Shown here piece by piece: positions 28,334-35,723 of a DNA stretch of 64,000 nt; position 1 is the stretch's first letter, and each line of letters begins with the position of its first letter. The notes beneath the pieces are model-generated. The model saw only the letters and a program-made list of their open reading frames with translations, did not search any database and had not been told where the DNA came from. A program made the position numbers and the translations under genes. The stretch comes from Candidatus Omnitrophota bacterium (GTDB taxonomy: Bacteria; Omnitrophota; Omnitrophia; Omnitrophales; Aquincolibacteriaceae), in contig JACPXM010000022.1 of assembly GCA_016196545.1 (NCBI GenBank), forward strand, positions 5,064-69,063. The letters are read 5' to 3'.

Positions 28334-28416
28334 ATTGAAGTTGGGGTTTTTCAATTTCAAGGGTCGTCGTGTACAGTACCGCGAACCCCTAAAATTTAAA
28401 ATGACGCGGTACTAGG
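28334..28416 (+). repeat. Double-hairpin repeat element, copy A
   Basis: 28373-28416 is 100% identical (44 nt) to the reverse complement of 52752-52795. The hairpin at 28334-28360 is about 85% identical to the reverse complement of 52801-52826. The CTAG at its 3' end contains the stop codon of the MgtC-like gene on the other strand. Confidence 0.85.
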
Positions 28417-28861
28417 CGTCGTGGCCGCCGAAGAGACGATCAATTTTCGAGAAAAGAATCAAAATCACCAGGGCAAGAAAGGTCGAAAGAACGGCGGGTT
28501 TATATTGCCCTAGCCCGCACGCAAGGCCAATACCGGCCACGGTCCAAATCCCTGCGGCGGTTGTCAGTCCTTTGATTTCCCGAGGGTCGCGAATAATGGC
28601 CCCGGCTCCGAGAAATCCGATTCCGCTCACCACCTGCGCGGCAATACGCGAAGGATCCACCGTCGCCACGGCCCGGTAAATTTCAAAAACTTCAATCGAG
28701 ACAACCATGATTAAGGCCGAGCCTAGCGATACCATTGCGTAGGTCCGCACCCCGGCTTCCTTGCGCTGCCACTCGCGCTCAAAACCAATCAGTCCTCCGA
28801 GAAAAGTTGCCGCAATTAATCGAAGCGTAATGTCAAAATCATTCTGGGTGAATTGAAACAT
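28412..28861 (-). CDS. MgtC/SapB family membrane protein
   Basis: 149-aa ORF with the MgtC N-terminal domain pattern (..LRLIAATFLGGLIGFEREWQRKEAGVRTYAMVSLGSAL..). Confidence 0.85.
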   Translation of the reverse strand: MFQFTQNDFDITLRLIAATFLGGLIGFEREWQRKEAGVRTYAMVSLGSALIMVVSIEVFEIYRAVATVDPSRIAAQVVSGIGFLGAGAIIRDPREIKGLTTAAGIWTVAGIGLACGLGQYKPAVLSTFLALVILILFSKIDRLFGGHDA

Positions 28862-28878
28862 TTAGATTCTCCCAACGG

Positions 28879-29940
28879 TTATCCCAATTTAAGATTCGCA
28901 TTCCCCGTAAGTTTCATCGAAGAACGTCTGCCGCGCCGGAAAAGCTCCGCGCCGCGGCGGGCAATCATTGCGGCGTTGTCGGTGGTCAAACGATTCGGTG
29001 GAAACCAAACCTTGAGGCCGCGCTTTGCGGCTTCTTCCGGTAATCGCTTGCGCAGATAAGAATTCGCGCTCACTCCCCCGCCCACGACAATGTCCGCGAC
29101 CTTTTTAACATCGGCAGCCGCCAGTGTTTTCTCAACCAGCCACGCGACGACGGCGTATTGGAAACTGGCGCAGACGTCGTTGACGAATTGTGAATTCAAT
29201 AATGGAGGGGCCGGCCCCTGCGCTGGCCCGCTGAACAATAATTGCGGGCGCCCGCGGGGGGGCGCCCCTACGTCTTGTTTCTCCACCAAATACAGCACCG
29301 CCGTTTTAATTCCGCTGAAACTGAAATCAAAGTATCCTTTTTGTTTTGGCTTCGTGAATTTAAATGCCTTGGGATTTCCTTCTTTGGCGAGCTTGTCAAT
29401 CACCGGCCCGCCCGGAAATCCGAGCCCCAAAATTTTTGCGACTTTGTCATAGGCCTCGCCCGCCGCGTCGTCCACGGTTTCACCCAGGCGCGTGGATTTC
29501 CCCTTTTTTTGATAAACCAAAATCGTGTGGCCACCCGAAACCAAAAGCCCGACATAATGAGCCGGCTCTTTGTGTCCAATAAAATTTGCAGACAAATGTG
29601 CTTCCAAATGATTCACGCCAATGAGCGGAACACCAAGACCATAAGCCAGAGTTTTCGCGAATGAGACTCCGACGAGGAGAGATCCAATAAGTCCCGGGCC
29701 TTCCGTGACAGCAATCAAATCAATATCTTTGGATTTAATTTTGGCTTCGTCCAGTGCTTCCTGAAACACAAAATCGATTTGCTCCAGCGAGTGCCGCGAC
29801 GCGATTTCCGGCACTACACCTCCAAACGGCTTGTGCCTGAAAAGGCTGGAAGAAATAATATTCGAGCGGACTTTGTCCAGTCCTTCCAGCACCGCGCAAG
29901 ACGTTTCATCACACGAAGTCTCAATTCCGAGGGTCAGCAT
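28879..29940 (-). CDS. tsaD: tRNA N6-adenosine threonylcarbamoyltransferase TsaD
   Basis: 353-aa ORF, MLTLGIETSCDETSCAV.., ..HLEAHL.., ..GGGVSAN... It contains an extra ~24-aa P/G-rich loop. Confidence 0.92.
   Translation of the reverse strand: MLTLGIETSCDETSCAVLEGLDKVRSNIISSSLFRHKPFGGVVPEIASRHSLEQIDFVFQEALDEAKIKSKDIDLIAVTEGPGLIGSLLVGVSFAKTLAYGLGVPLIGVNHLEAHLSANFIGHKEPAHYVGLLVSGGHTILVYQKKGKSTRLGETVDDAAGEAYDKVAKILGLGFPGGPVIDKLAKEGNPKAFKFTKPKQKGYFDFSFSGIKTAVLYLVEKQDVGAPPRGRPQLLFSGPAQGPAPPLLNSQFVNDVCASFQYAVVAWLVEKTLAAADVKKVADIVVGGGVSANSYLRKRLPEEAAKRGLKVWFPPNRLTTDNAAMIARRGAELFRRGRRSSMKLTGNANLKLG
29196..29271. repeat. Cluster of GC-only palindromes inside tsaD (in-frame insert)
   Basis: AGGGGCCGGCCCCT (29206-29219), GCGGGCGCCCGC (29244-29255) and GGGGCGCCCC (29259-29268), each preceded by CAATAAT. 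The segment encodes GAPPRGRPQLLFSGPAQGPAPPLL, which has no counterpart in E. coli TsaD as I recall it. Confidence 0.5.
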
Positions 29941-29943
29941 ATG

Positions 29944-30339
29944 TCAATTTTTTCTTACTTTTTTTATGAATAAAACACCAAAATACGATACTCCATATAT
30001 CAAAGGCACACCAAAGAAATATAAATATTCATGAGTTGTATCCCCTTGGAGATCAAACTTAACATAAGTGCCGCTCAAAAAAATGCCTGTAGCTCCGAAT
30101 AAAAGAACGCTCCCAAAAAACCATGGATATTTCTGAAGTTTTTCCGGACTTACAATAATGCTTACCCATAGAGCTATAATTGACATGATGCCCAAGAACC
30201 AAATCGGCCTTCCAGCCAAACCAAACGGGCCATAGGAATAGGGATTAAAAAACATTTTGATCATATCCGGCAAAAGAAAAACAGTTGTCGGCAAGGCTAT
30301 GATACAAATCAGGAAAATTTTTATAATCCAACCAATCAT
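29944..30339 (-). CDS. Hypothetical small integral membrane protein (about 4 TM)
   Basis: 131-aa hydrophobic ORF, AT-richer than its neighbours. It lies 4 nt upstream of tsaD and 18 nt downstream of the nuclease gene. I recognise no family. Confidence 0.6.
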   Translation of the reverse strand: MIGWIIKIFLICIIALPTTVFLLPDMIKMFFNPYSYGPFGLAGRPIWFLGIMSIIALWVSIIVSPEKLQKYPWFFGSVLLFGATGIFLSGTYVKFDLQGDTTHEYLYFFGVPLIYGVSYFGVLFIKKVRKN

Positions 30340-30357
30340 TGTAATTTCCTCCTTGAT

Positions 30358-31344
30358 TTAGTCATTCACCCTCACAGCTAATTCTTTGTCGAGCAATTCC
30401 TGGTTGATATAAATTTTACCGGCCCAAACGTCAGCGAGGTAGCGGTCGTATTTGTCGGACCTCACGGTTTTGATCATCACCGGCGAGGAGTGACGCGTGG
30501 CGGGTGACAGAAGTTTTTTAAGAAATTCTTTGGCTTCCTTGCCTTCCGCACTTTCGATTTCGGGAGCGTCGAGGCCGCGCAGCCGGAGTTTCTGGTGCGT
30601 CCAAATTCCGAAGCCAAGGTGAATGTTCGCCCAAAACGTGTCGCCGTCAATCACATCTTCAACTTGAACTTCGTAAGTATAAAGGTCCTCCGCGGGAGGA
30701 TTTGTGGGTTCCGGCACTGGACCTTTAATTTCATAAAAATTAGCAAAGCCGAGGTCGTAAACTTTTTTGCCGTTCCAATCAATCACAAGATAGGTCCCGA
30801 TTTTCCCGGGCTTGGCAACTAGGGGCACGGTAGGCCACGTCTCTGCTTCGGAACCGCCCGACCGGGACTTGCGTTTGCGAATTTCCTCGCGCACCTGGTC
30901 TCGCGTCCAATTCCGATTTAGGGCTTCCCTGGCAACGGCTTCTCTTTCTTCAGGATCGTTAAGCGATAAAAGCGCCTGGTAATGACTCCAGCTCAATTTA
31001 TTGGCGGGCCAATTCATTGGGTACGCTCGGGCAAATTGGAGCATCAAACTAAGTTCCGTTTGGCTGGTGCCAAGATCTCCTGCCAGTTTATCGAGTACCC
31101 TCTTTCCATAATCAGCCCTTTCTTTAAATTGAAGGACATGCTCATCAATTAACTTTCCGGTCTCCCAAGCCTCGCGAACTTTTTCCTGCCTAACAGCAGA
31201 CTCAATTCGCTGAACGGTGGCGGCGCGCGTCTGGCGAATCGCCTTCACGAGCTGCTCGTAAGTCGCCACCTGCGACGCGGCAATCGCAGGAAAAGAGAAT
31301 AAAAAAAATAAAATTCTAACTAAGTTTTTTGGTGAGAATTTCAT
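30358..31344 (-). CDS. Secreted nuclease: signal peptide + DUF1016 N-terminal-like domain + staphylococcal-nuclease (SNase) domain
   Basis: ATG at 31344 gives MKFSPKNLVRILFFLFSFPAIAA|SQ (Sec signal, AxA). The middle part resembles DUF1016_N (..YGKRVLDKLAGDLG.., LSWSHYQALLSL). The C-terminal part has SNase motifs (VIDGDTF.., LRLRGLDAPE, DKYDRYLADVW). The track start at 31428 is a TTG. Confidence 0.75.
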   Translation of the reverse strand: MKFSPKNLVRILFFLFSFPAIAASQVATYEQLVKAIRQTRAATVQRIESAVRQEKVREAWETGKLIDEHVLQFKERADYGKRVLDKLAGDLGTSQTELSLMLQFARAYPMNWPANKLSWSHYQALLSLNDPEEREAVAREALNRNWTRDQVREEIRKRKSRSGGSEAETWPTVPLVAKPGKIGTYLVIDWNGKKVYDLGFANFYEIKGPVPEPTNPPAEDLYTYEVQVEDVIDGDTFWANIHLGFGIWTHQKLRLRGLDAPEIESAEGKEAKEFLKKLLSPATRHSSPVMIKTVRSDKYDRYLADVWAGKIYINQELLDKELAVRVND

Positions 31345-31384
31345 TGGCGAGTTTGGGATTGGCTTTGCCGCTTTGCTCTTGCAA
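31316..31384 (-). pseudogene. Diverged duplicate of the gatB 3' end (22 codons + stop), in frame with gatB
   Basis: It translates to [22 protein letters not shown], compared with the genuine gatB end [23 protein letters not shown]. Over the 17 aligned codons from GKANP to the stop there are 9 synonymous and 2 non-synonymous differences. Confidence 0.7.
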
Positions 31385-31432
31385 AGCGACTCTTTGGGGA
31401 GAACTTGAGGTTCTCCTCCGAAGCGCAAACCC

Positions 31433-32965
31433 TCAACTTAGTTTCCTTACCAAGATCTCATTTGCAAGTTTCGGGTTTGCTTTGCCTTGCGTCTCTTTCA
31501 TGAGTTGGCCGACGAGAAAGCCGAGCGCCTGCCGTTTCCCCGCTTTGAAATCCGCCACAGATTTAGGATGGGCAGCAATGATTTTATCGGCGGCACTTTC
31601 CAGGAGCTTGGTGTCCGTCACTTGCTCCAGGCTTTTTTCTTTAACGACCGTACCGGGTGATTTTCCGCTTTCATAAGAAATGGCAACCACGTCCTTTGCG
31701 ATTTTTCCACTAATCGTTTGGTTTTCAATTAAACCGAGGAGCTCCGCCAAATAAGTTGCAGGAAAAAATTTAGGCAAGGTCTCAACCGTGTGCTTATTAG
31801 AATTTACAAGAGCAAGTAACTCCGATTGAATCCAGTTGCTTGCGAGTTTTGGATTTGCTTTTTCCGCTACCGCAGTTTCAAAATAATTTGCGAGCTGTTT
31901 ATCTTGCACAAGGACCAAGGCATCATAATCGGAAAGACTGTAATTTTTGATAAAACGGTCCACACGCTGAACCGGAAGTTCGGGCAAGTCTTTGCGAATG
32001 CCTTCTACCGTCTCCTTGGAAATTGAAAACGGTACCAGGTCCGGCTCGGGGAAATAACGGTAATCGTGAGCCTCTTCTTTTGATCTCATTGTAAAGGTTT
32101 GTCCTTTGGTTTCATTCCACAGCCGGGTTTCTTGAATCACGCGTTCGTGACTCTCCAAAAGGTCGGTTTGACGTTTGATTTCATATTGAATGGCCTTTTG
32201 GACTGCCTTGAAGGAATTCATATTTTTGATTTCGGCTTTGGTGCCGAATTTAGATTCACCCGCTTTTCGAATCGAAACATTGGCGTCGCAGCGCAGGCTT
32301 CCTTCCTCCATATTGCAATCGCTTACTTCCAGGTATTGAAGAATGGCTTTGAGTGAAGTGAGATAAGCGTAAGCCTCTTCCGGAGAGCGGAGGTCGGGCT
32401 CCGAGACAATTTCAAGAAGGGGTGTGCCCGCACGGTTGTAATCGACGAGACTCGCGGCCGCAATCCCTTCGTGAAGCAGTTTCCCTGCGTCTTCTTCCAA
32501 ATGCGCGCGCGTAATTCCGATTTTTTTTGTGATCATCTTTTTGTCATCCTGAACTTTTTGGCTATCCCCCTGAGCTTCTGGGTTCTCCATTTTAGATGCT
32601 TCGGCGTCCGGACTCAGAATAACCGCTTTATTAGGTTTATATTCAATTTCGAGCCAGCCCTTGCCGTTGACAGGGTTATCGTATTGAGAAATTTGATACG
32701 CCTTCGGAAGGTCGGGATAAAAATAATTTTTTCGGTCAAATTTCAGTCGTCCTGAGATTTCGCAGTTGAGGGCCAGTCCCACTTTGAGCGCAAGTTTGAG
32801 CGCCTCTTCATTTAAGACCGGAAGCGAGCCCGGCCAGCCCAAACAGACAGGACAAGTATTTTTATTCGGCTCTTCGCCAAACTTCGTTGAGCACCCGCAA
32901 AAGAGTTTCGATTGCGTTAATAATTGGACGTGGACTTCAAGTCCAATGACGGGTTCGTAATTCAT
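31433..32965 (-). CDS. gatB: Asp/Glu-tRNA(Asn/Gln) amidotransferase subunit B
   Basis: 510-aa [18 protein letters not shown].., ..[13 protein letters not shown].., ..[11 protein letters not shown].., with a C-terminal YqeY-like tail. Confidence 0.95.
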   Translation of the reverse strand: MNYEPVIGLEVHVQLLTQSKLFCGCSTKFGEEPNKNTCPVCLGWPGSLPVLNEEALKLALKVGLALNCEISGRLKFDRKNYFYPDLPKAYQISQYDNPVNGKGWLEIEYKPNKAVILSPDAEASKMENPEAQGDSQKVQDDKKMITKKIGITRAHLEEDAGKLLHEGIAAASLVDYNRAGTPLLEIVSEPDLRSPEEAYAYLTSLKAILQYLEVSDCNMEEGSLRCDANVSIRKAGESKFGTKAEIKNMNSFKAVQKAIQYEIKRQTDLLESHERVIQETRLWNETKGQTFTMRSKEEAHDYRYFPEPDLVPFSISKETVEGIRKDLPELPVQRVDRFIKNYSLSDYDALVLVQDKQLANYFETAVAEKANPKLASNWIQSELLALVNSNKHTVETLPKFFPATYLAELLGLIENQTISGKIAKDVVAISYESGKSPGTVVKEKSLEQVTDTKLLESAADKIIAAHPKSVADFKAGKRQALGFLVGQLMKETQGKANPKLANEILVRKLS

Positions 32966-34422
32966 AATTTTGGTTTTTGTTTGTAATAACCGGTTTCTTG
33001 CTCAAAGGCGTGGCCGGCGCGGAAAATTGTTTCTTCGTCAAAAGGCTTGGCCATTAATTGCATTCCGATCGGCAGTCCGGATTTTGTGAAGCCGCAAGGC
33101 AGTGACATTGCCGGAATTCCAGCCAGGTTCACGGGGATCGTAAAAATATCGGATAAATACATCGCAAGCGGGTCCGAGGATTTTTCGCCGATTTTAAACG
33201 GAGGGGTGGGGGCCGTGGGCGATAAAATCAAATCCACTTCCTTGAAGGCCTGGGTGAAATCTTCGCGAATCAGCGTTCTCACCTTCTGACCTTTGAGATA
33301 ATAAGCTTCATAATAGCCGGCCGAGAGGACAAAAGTGCCGAGCAGTATTCTGCGCTTGGCTTCTGCTCCAAATCCCTGGCTTCGGGTTTCAAAATACATT
33401 TCCTTTAAATCTTTGGCGGGCACACGAAATCCGAATTCGACTCCGTCAAATCTTCCAAGATTGGAACTTGCTTCTGCGACGGCAACAATATAATAAACCG
33501 CCACGGAATATTCCGTGTGGGGCAGACTCACCGGTTTGATTTCCGCTCCGAGTTTTTTAAATATCTCGGCAGCGTCACGCACGGATTTTTCAACCTCCTT
33601 GTCCATTCCCTCGACAAAATATTCTTTGGGAAGGCCGATTTTGAGGCCTTTGATTTGCTGCGTGAGCGCCTTGGTATAGTCCGGCACCGGGTTTGGCGCG
33701 GAGGTGGAGTCTCGGGAGTCGTGGCCTGCAAGAATATTCATTAAGATCGCACAGTCCTCCACCGTTTTGGTGAGAGGCCCGATTTGATCAAAGCTCGAAC
33801 CAAAGGCAATAAGCCCGTAGCGAGAAATCCTTCCGTAAGTCGGTTTGAGTCCTACAATACCGCAAAACGCGGCGGGCTGGCGAATCGAACCTCCGGTATC
33901 GGAACCGAGCGCTGCGTAAGTCATGTCTGCAGCAACCGCCGCTGCAGAGCCCCCACTGGAACCTCCCGGCACACGCTCTATATCCCACGGATTTTTCACA
34001 GGGCCAAACGCAGAAGATTCATTGGAGGAGCCAAAGGCGAATTCATCCATATTGCATTGGCTAAAAAGGGTGGCACCCGCGGTTTTGAGTTTTTCAATGA
34101 CGGTCGCGTCGTAAGGAGGGACATGGCCCGCAAGAATTTTTGAGGCACAAGTGGTTTCCAGGCCGCGGATGCAAATATTGTCTTTGATGGAAATCGGAAC
34201 ACCCGCCAAGGGACCCGTGACAGGGGACGGGTGAGGGGGAGAATCAGATTTATTAAATCTTAAAAATGCGTTAAGTCTAGGGTTTAGACTTTCGGCACGG
34301 GAGATAAGGGCATCGAAAAGAGTTTTGTTCCCCTCTTTTTTCGAGTAATCTATTGCCTCTTTGAACGTCAATTGATGAAGCGGCGTATTCCCTTTTTCCG
34401 CTTTAATGGAACTACCGGTCAC
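32962..34422 (-). CDS. gatA: Glu-tRNA(Gln) amidotransferase subunit A
   Basis: 486-aa ORF with the amidase signature (..[13 protein letters not shown].., ..[12 protein letters not shown]..). GTG start, and ATGA-type overlap with gatB. Confidence 0.95.
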   Translation of the reverse strand: MTGSSIKAEKGNTPLHQLTFKEAIDYSKKEGNKTLFDALISRAESLNPRLNAFLRFNKSDSPPHPSPVTGPLAGVPISIKDNICIRGLETTCASKILAGHVPPYDATVIEKLKTAGATLFSQCNMDEFAFGSSNESSAFGPVKNPWDIERVPGGSSGGSAAAVAADMTYAALGSDTGGSIRQPAAFCGIVGLKPTYGRISRYGLIAFGSSFDQIGPLTKTVEDCAILMNILAGHDSRDSTSAPNPVPDYTKALTQQIKGLKIGLPKEYFVEGMDKEVEKSVRDAAEIFKKLGAEIKPVSLPHTEYSVAVYYIVAVAEASSNLGRFDGVEFGFRVPAKDLKEMYFETRSQGFGAEAKRRILLGTFVLSAGYYEAYYLKGQKVRTLIREDFTQAFKEVDLILSPTAPTPPFKIGEKSSDPLAMYLSDIFTIPVNLAGIPAMSLPCGFTKSGLPIGMQLMAKPFDEETIFRAGHAFEQETGYYKQKPKL

Positions 34423-34443
34423 CGGTCACCTGTCACTTGTCCC

Positions 34444-34725
34444 TTATTTATCCACCACTTTGGGAACTTTGAAGAAATTGCCTTCGCGCCCGGGGGCGTG
34501 TTTGAGGACCTCGTCACGTACTTGGGAAGGGTTGACTTGGTCGGGGCGGAAAACATTTTCGATTTCTAAAACATGACTGGTAGGGGACACATTTTGAGTG
34601 TCCAAGGTTTCAAGTTTTTTAACATAGCCGAGAATGGCTTCCAAATCATTTTTCAGTTTCGCAGCTTCCTCAGGTTTCAAATGAAGCCTGGCCAGCCCGG
34701 CGATTTTTTCGATTTCAAACGACAT
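34444..34725 (-). CDS. gatC: Glu-tRNA(Gln) amidotransferase subunit C
   Basis: 93-aa ORF, ..IAGLARLHLKPEEAAKLKNDLEAILGYVKKL.., upstream of gatA. Confidence 0.9.
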   Translation of the reverse strand: MSFEIEKIAGLARLHLKPEEAAKLKNDLEAILGYVKKLETLDTQNVSPTSHVLEIENVFRPDQVNPSQVRDEVLKHAPGREGNFFKVPKVVDK

Positions 34726-34751
34726 CGATTTCCCTTTCGATTAAAGTTTGC

Positions 34752-34780
34752 AGACTAGCATGTGCGCCTGAGCCTGTCAA
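34752..34780 (-). promoter_or_regulatory. Candidate sigma-70 promoter of gatCAB
   Basis: Minus strand: TTGACA (34780-34775), 17 nt, TAGTCT (34757-34752). It sits between the rsmA terminator hairpin and the gatC ATG. Confidence 0.45.
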
Positions 34781-34786
34781 TTCACC

Positions 34787-34839
34787 CAAAACTTACCGGT
34801 TCCAGGTTGCCGCCGGCAACCTGGAACCGGTAAGTTTTG
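34787..34839 (-). terminator. Long near-perfect palindrome / terminator immediately after rsmA
   Basis: CAAAACTTACCGGTTCCAGGTTGCCG-C-CGGCAACCTGGAACCGGTAAGTTTTG forms an approximately 24-26 bp stem. It starts at the base after the rsmA stop, and the 3' arm ends in TTTTG on the minus strand. Confidence 0.7.
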
Positions 34840-35688
34840 TTAGTTTAAAGCTTCGGCGAGGGCCATAAAATCTTTTAAAAGCAGCTCCTCTGCCCTGACT
34901 TTCGAATCAAATCCCAAAGACACAATCCTCTTTTCAAGATTGCTTCTATCCTGTTTAATTTTGGGCCAGCGGGAAAGCAGATGAAGCAGCGTTTTCCGGC
35001 GCTGGCTGAAAGCAACCTTGATTAAATCAAAAAGAAATTCCTCCTCTTTTTTCGAAAATCCCGAAGGCCTCGCCCTGAATTTAAGCACCAGGACCGTCGA
35101 ATCCACGTCCGGCTCAGGCGCAAAACAACGCCGTGAAATATCAAAGGCGTGGACGATTTCTGCGCTGTAGCGGAGACCCAACGTGAGACGGCCATAATCT
35201 TTAGAGCCGGGTGTGGCCAGAAGGCGCTTTGCCACTTCTTTTTGCATCGTAAGGACCCCCCGCTCAATCAGGGACCTGCTTTCTGTAAGATAAAATAAAA
35301 TCGGACTCGTTAAATAATAAGGGAGATTGCTGAGGACCTTGACCTGGCCGCCTTTTTTAACGCCTCGGGCCCATTGTCTAAAATCAAAATCTAAAATATC
35401 CCCGTGAATCAAATGGATTGTCTTTTTTGCCTCCTCACCGAGTTCCTCTTCAAGAAAACGAATCATTCGTTGATCGCGTTCGATCGCAGTCAATTGAAAT
35501 CCCCGGTTGAGGATTTCAAAACTAAGCGCTCCCAAACCGGGCCCGATTTCAAGCAGCCTGTCGGATTCCTCCAGCTCCAGCAAATCTACGATTTTGCGCT
35601 GAATATTGGGGTCGATCAAAAAATTCTGCCCAAGGGATTTTCGCAGTGAAAGATTGTGCCGTTTTAGAATTTCAATTTGCGTGGGCAT
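34840..35688 (-). CDS. rsmA: 16S rRNA (adenine1518/1519-N6)-dimethyltransferase
   Basis: 282-aa ORF, ..LGQNFLIDPNI.., SAM-binding motif ..LEIGPGLGALS... Confidence 0.92.
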   Translation of the reverse strand: MPTQIEILKRHNLSLRKSLGQNFLIDPNIQRKIVDLLELEESDRLLEIGPGLGALSFEILNRGFQLTAIERDQRMIRFLEEELGEEAKKTIHLIHGDILDFDFRQWARGVKKGGQVKVLSNLPYYLTSPILFYLTESRSLIERGVLTMQKEVAKRLLATPGSKDYGRLTLGLRYSAEIVHAFDISRRCFAPEPDVDSTVLVLKFRARPSGFSKKEEEFLFDLIKVAFSQRRKTLLHLLSRWPKIKQDRSNLEKRIVSLGFDSKVRAEELLLKDFMALAEALN

Positions 35689-35723
35689 AAAAAACCAAAA
35701 GGTACCCGGTTCCTTTTTGCACT

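Noticed and set aside
31316-31432. Programmed TGA read-through or selenocysteine producing a C-terminally extended GatB
   Set aside because: I saw no SECIS-like hairpin immediately 3' of the TGA. The intervening 16 codons (GFALRRRTSSSPQRVA) look like non-coding sequence, and the nuclease gene starts inside the segment. The shared frame has a 1-in-3 chance of being coincidental. I keep it as a duplication or recombination footprint instead.
34417-34436. Tandem GGTCACC-GGTCACC-TGTCAC heptamers at the gatC-gatA junction
   Set aside because: Only 2.5 short units are present, and they overlap the gatA GTG start region. That is too short to call a repeat array or regulatory site.
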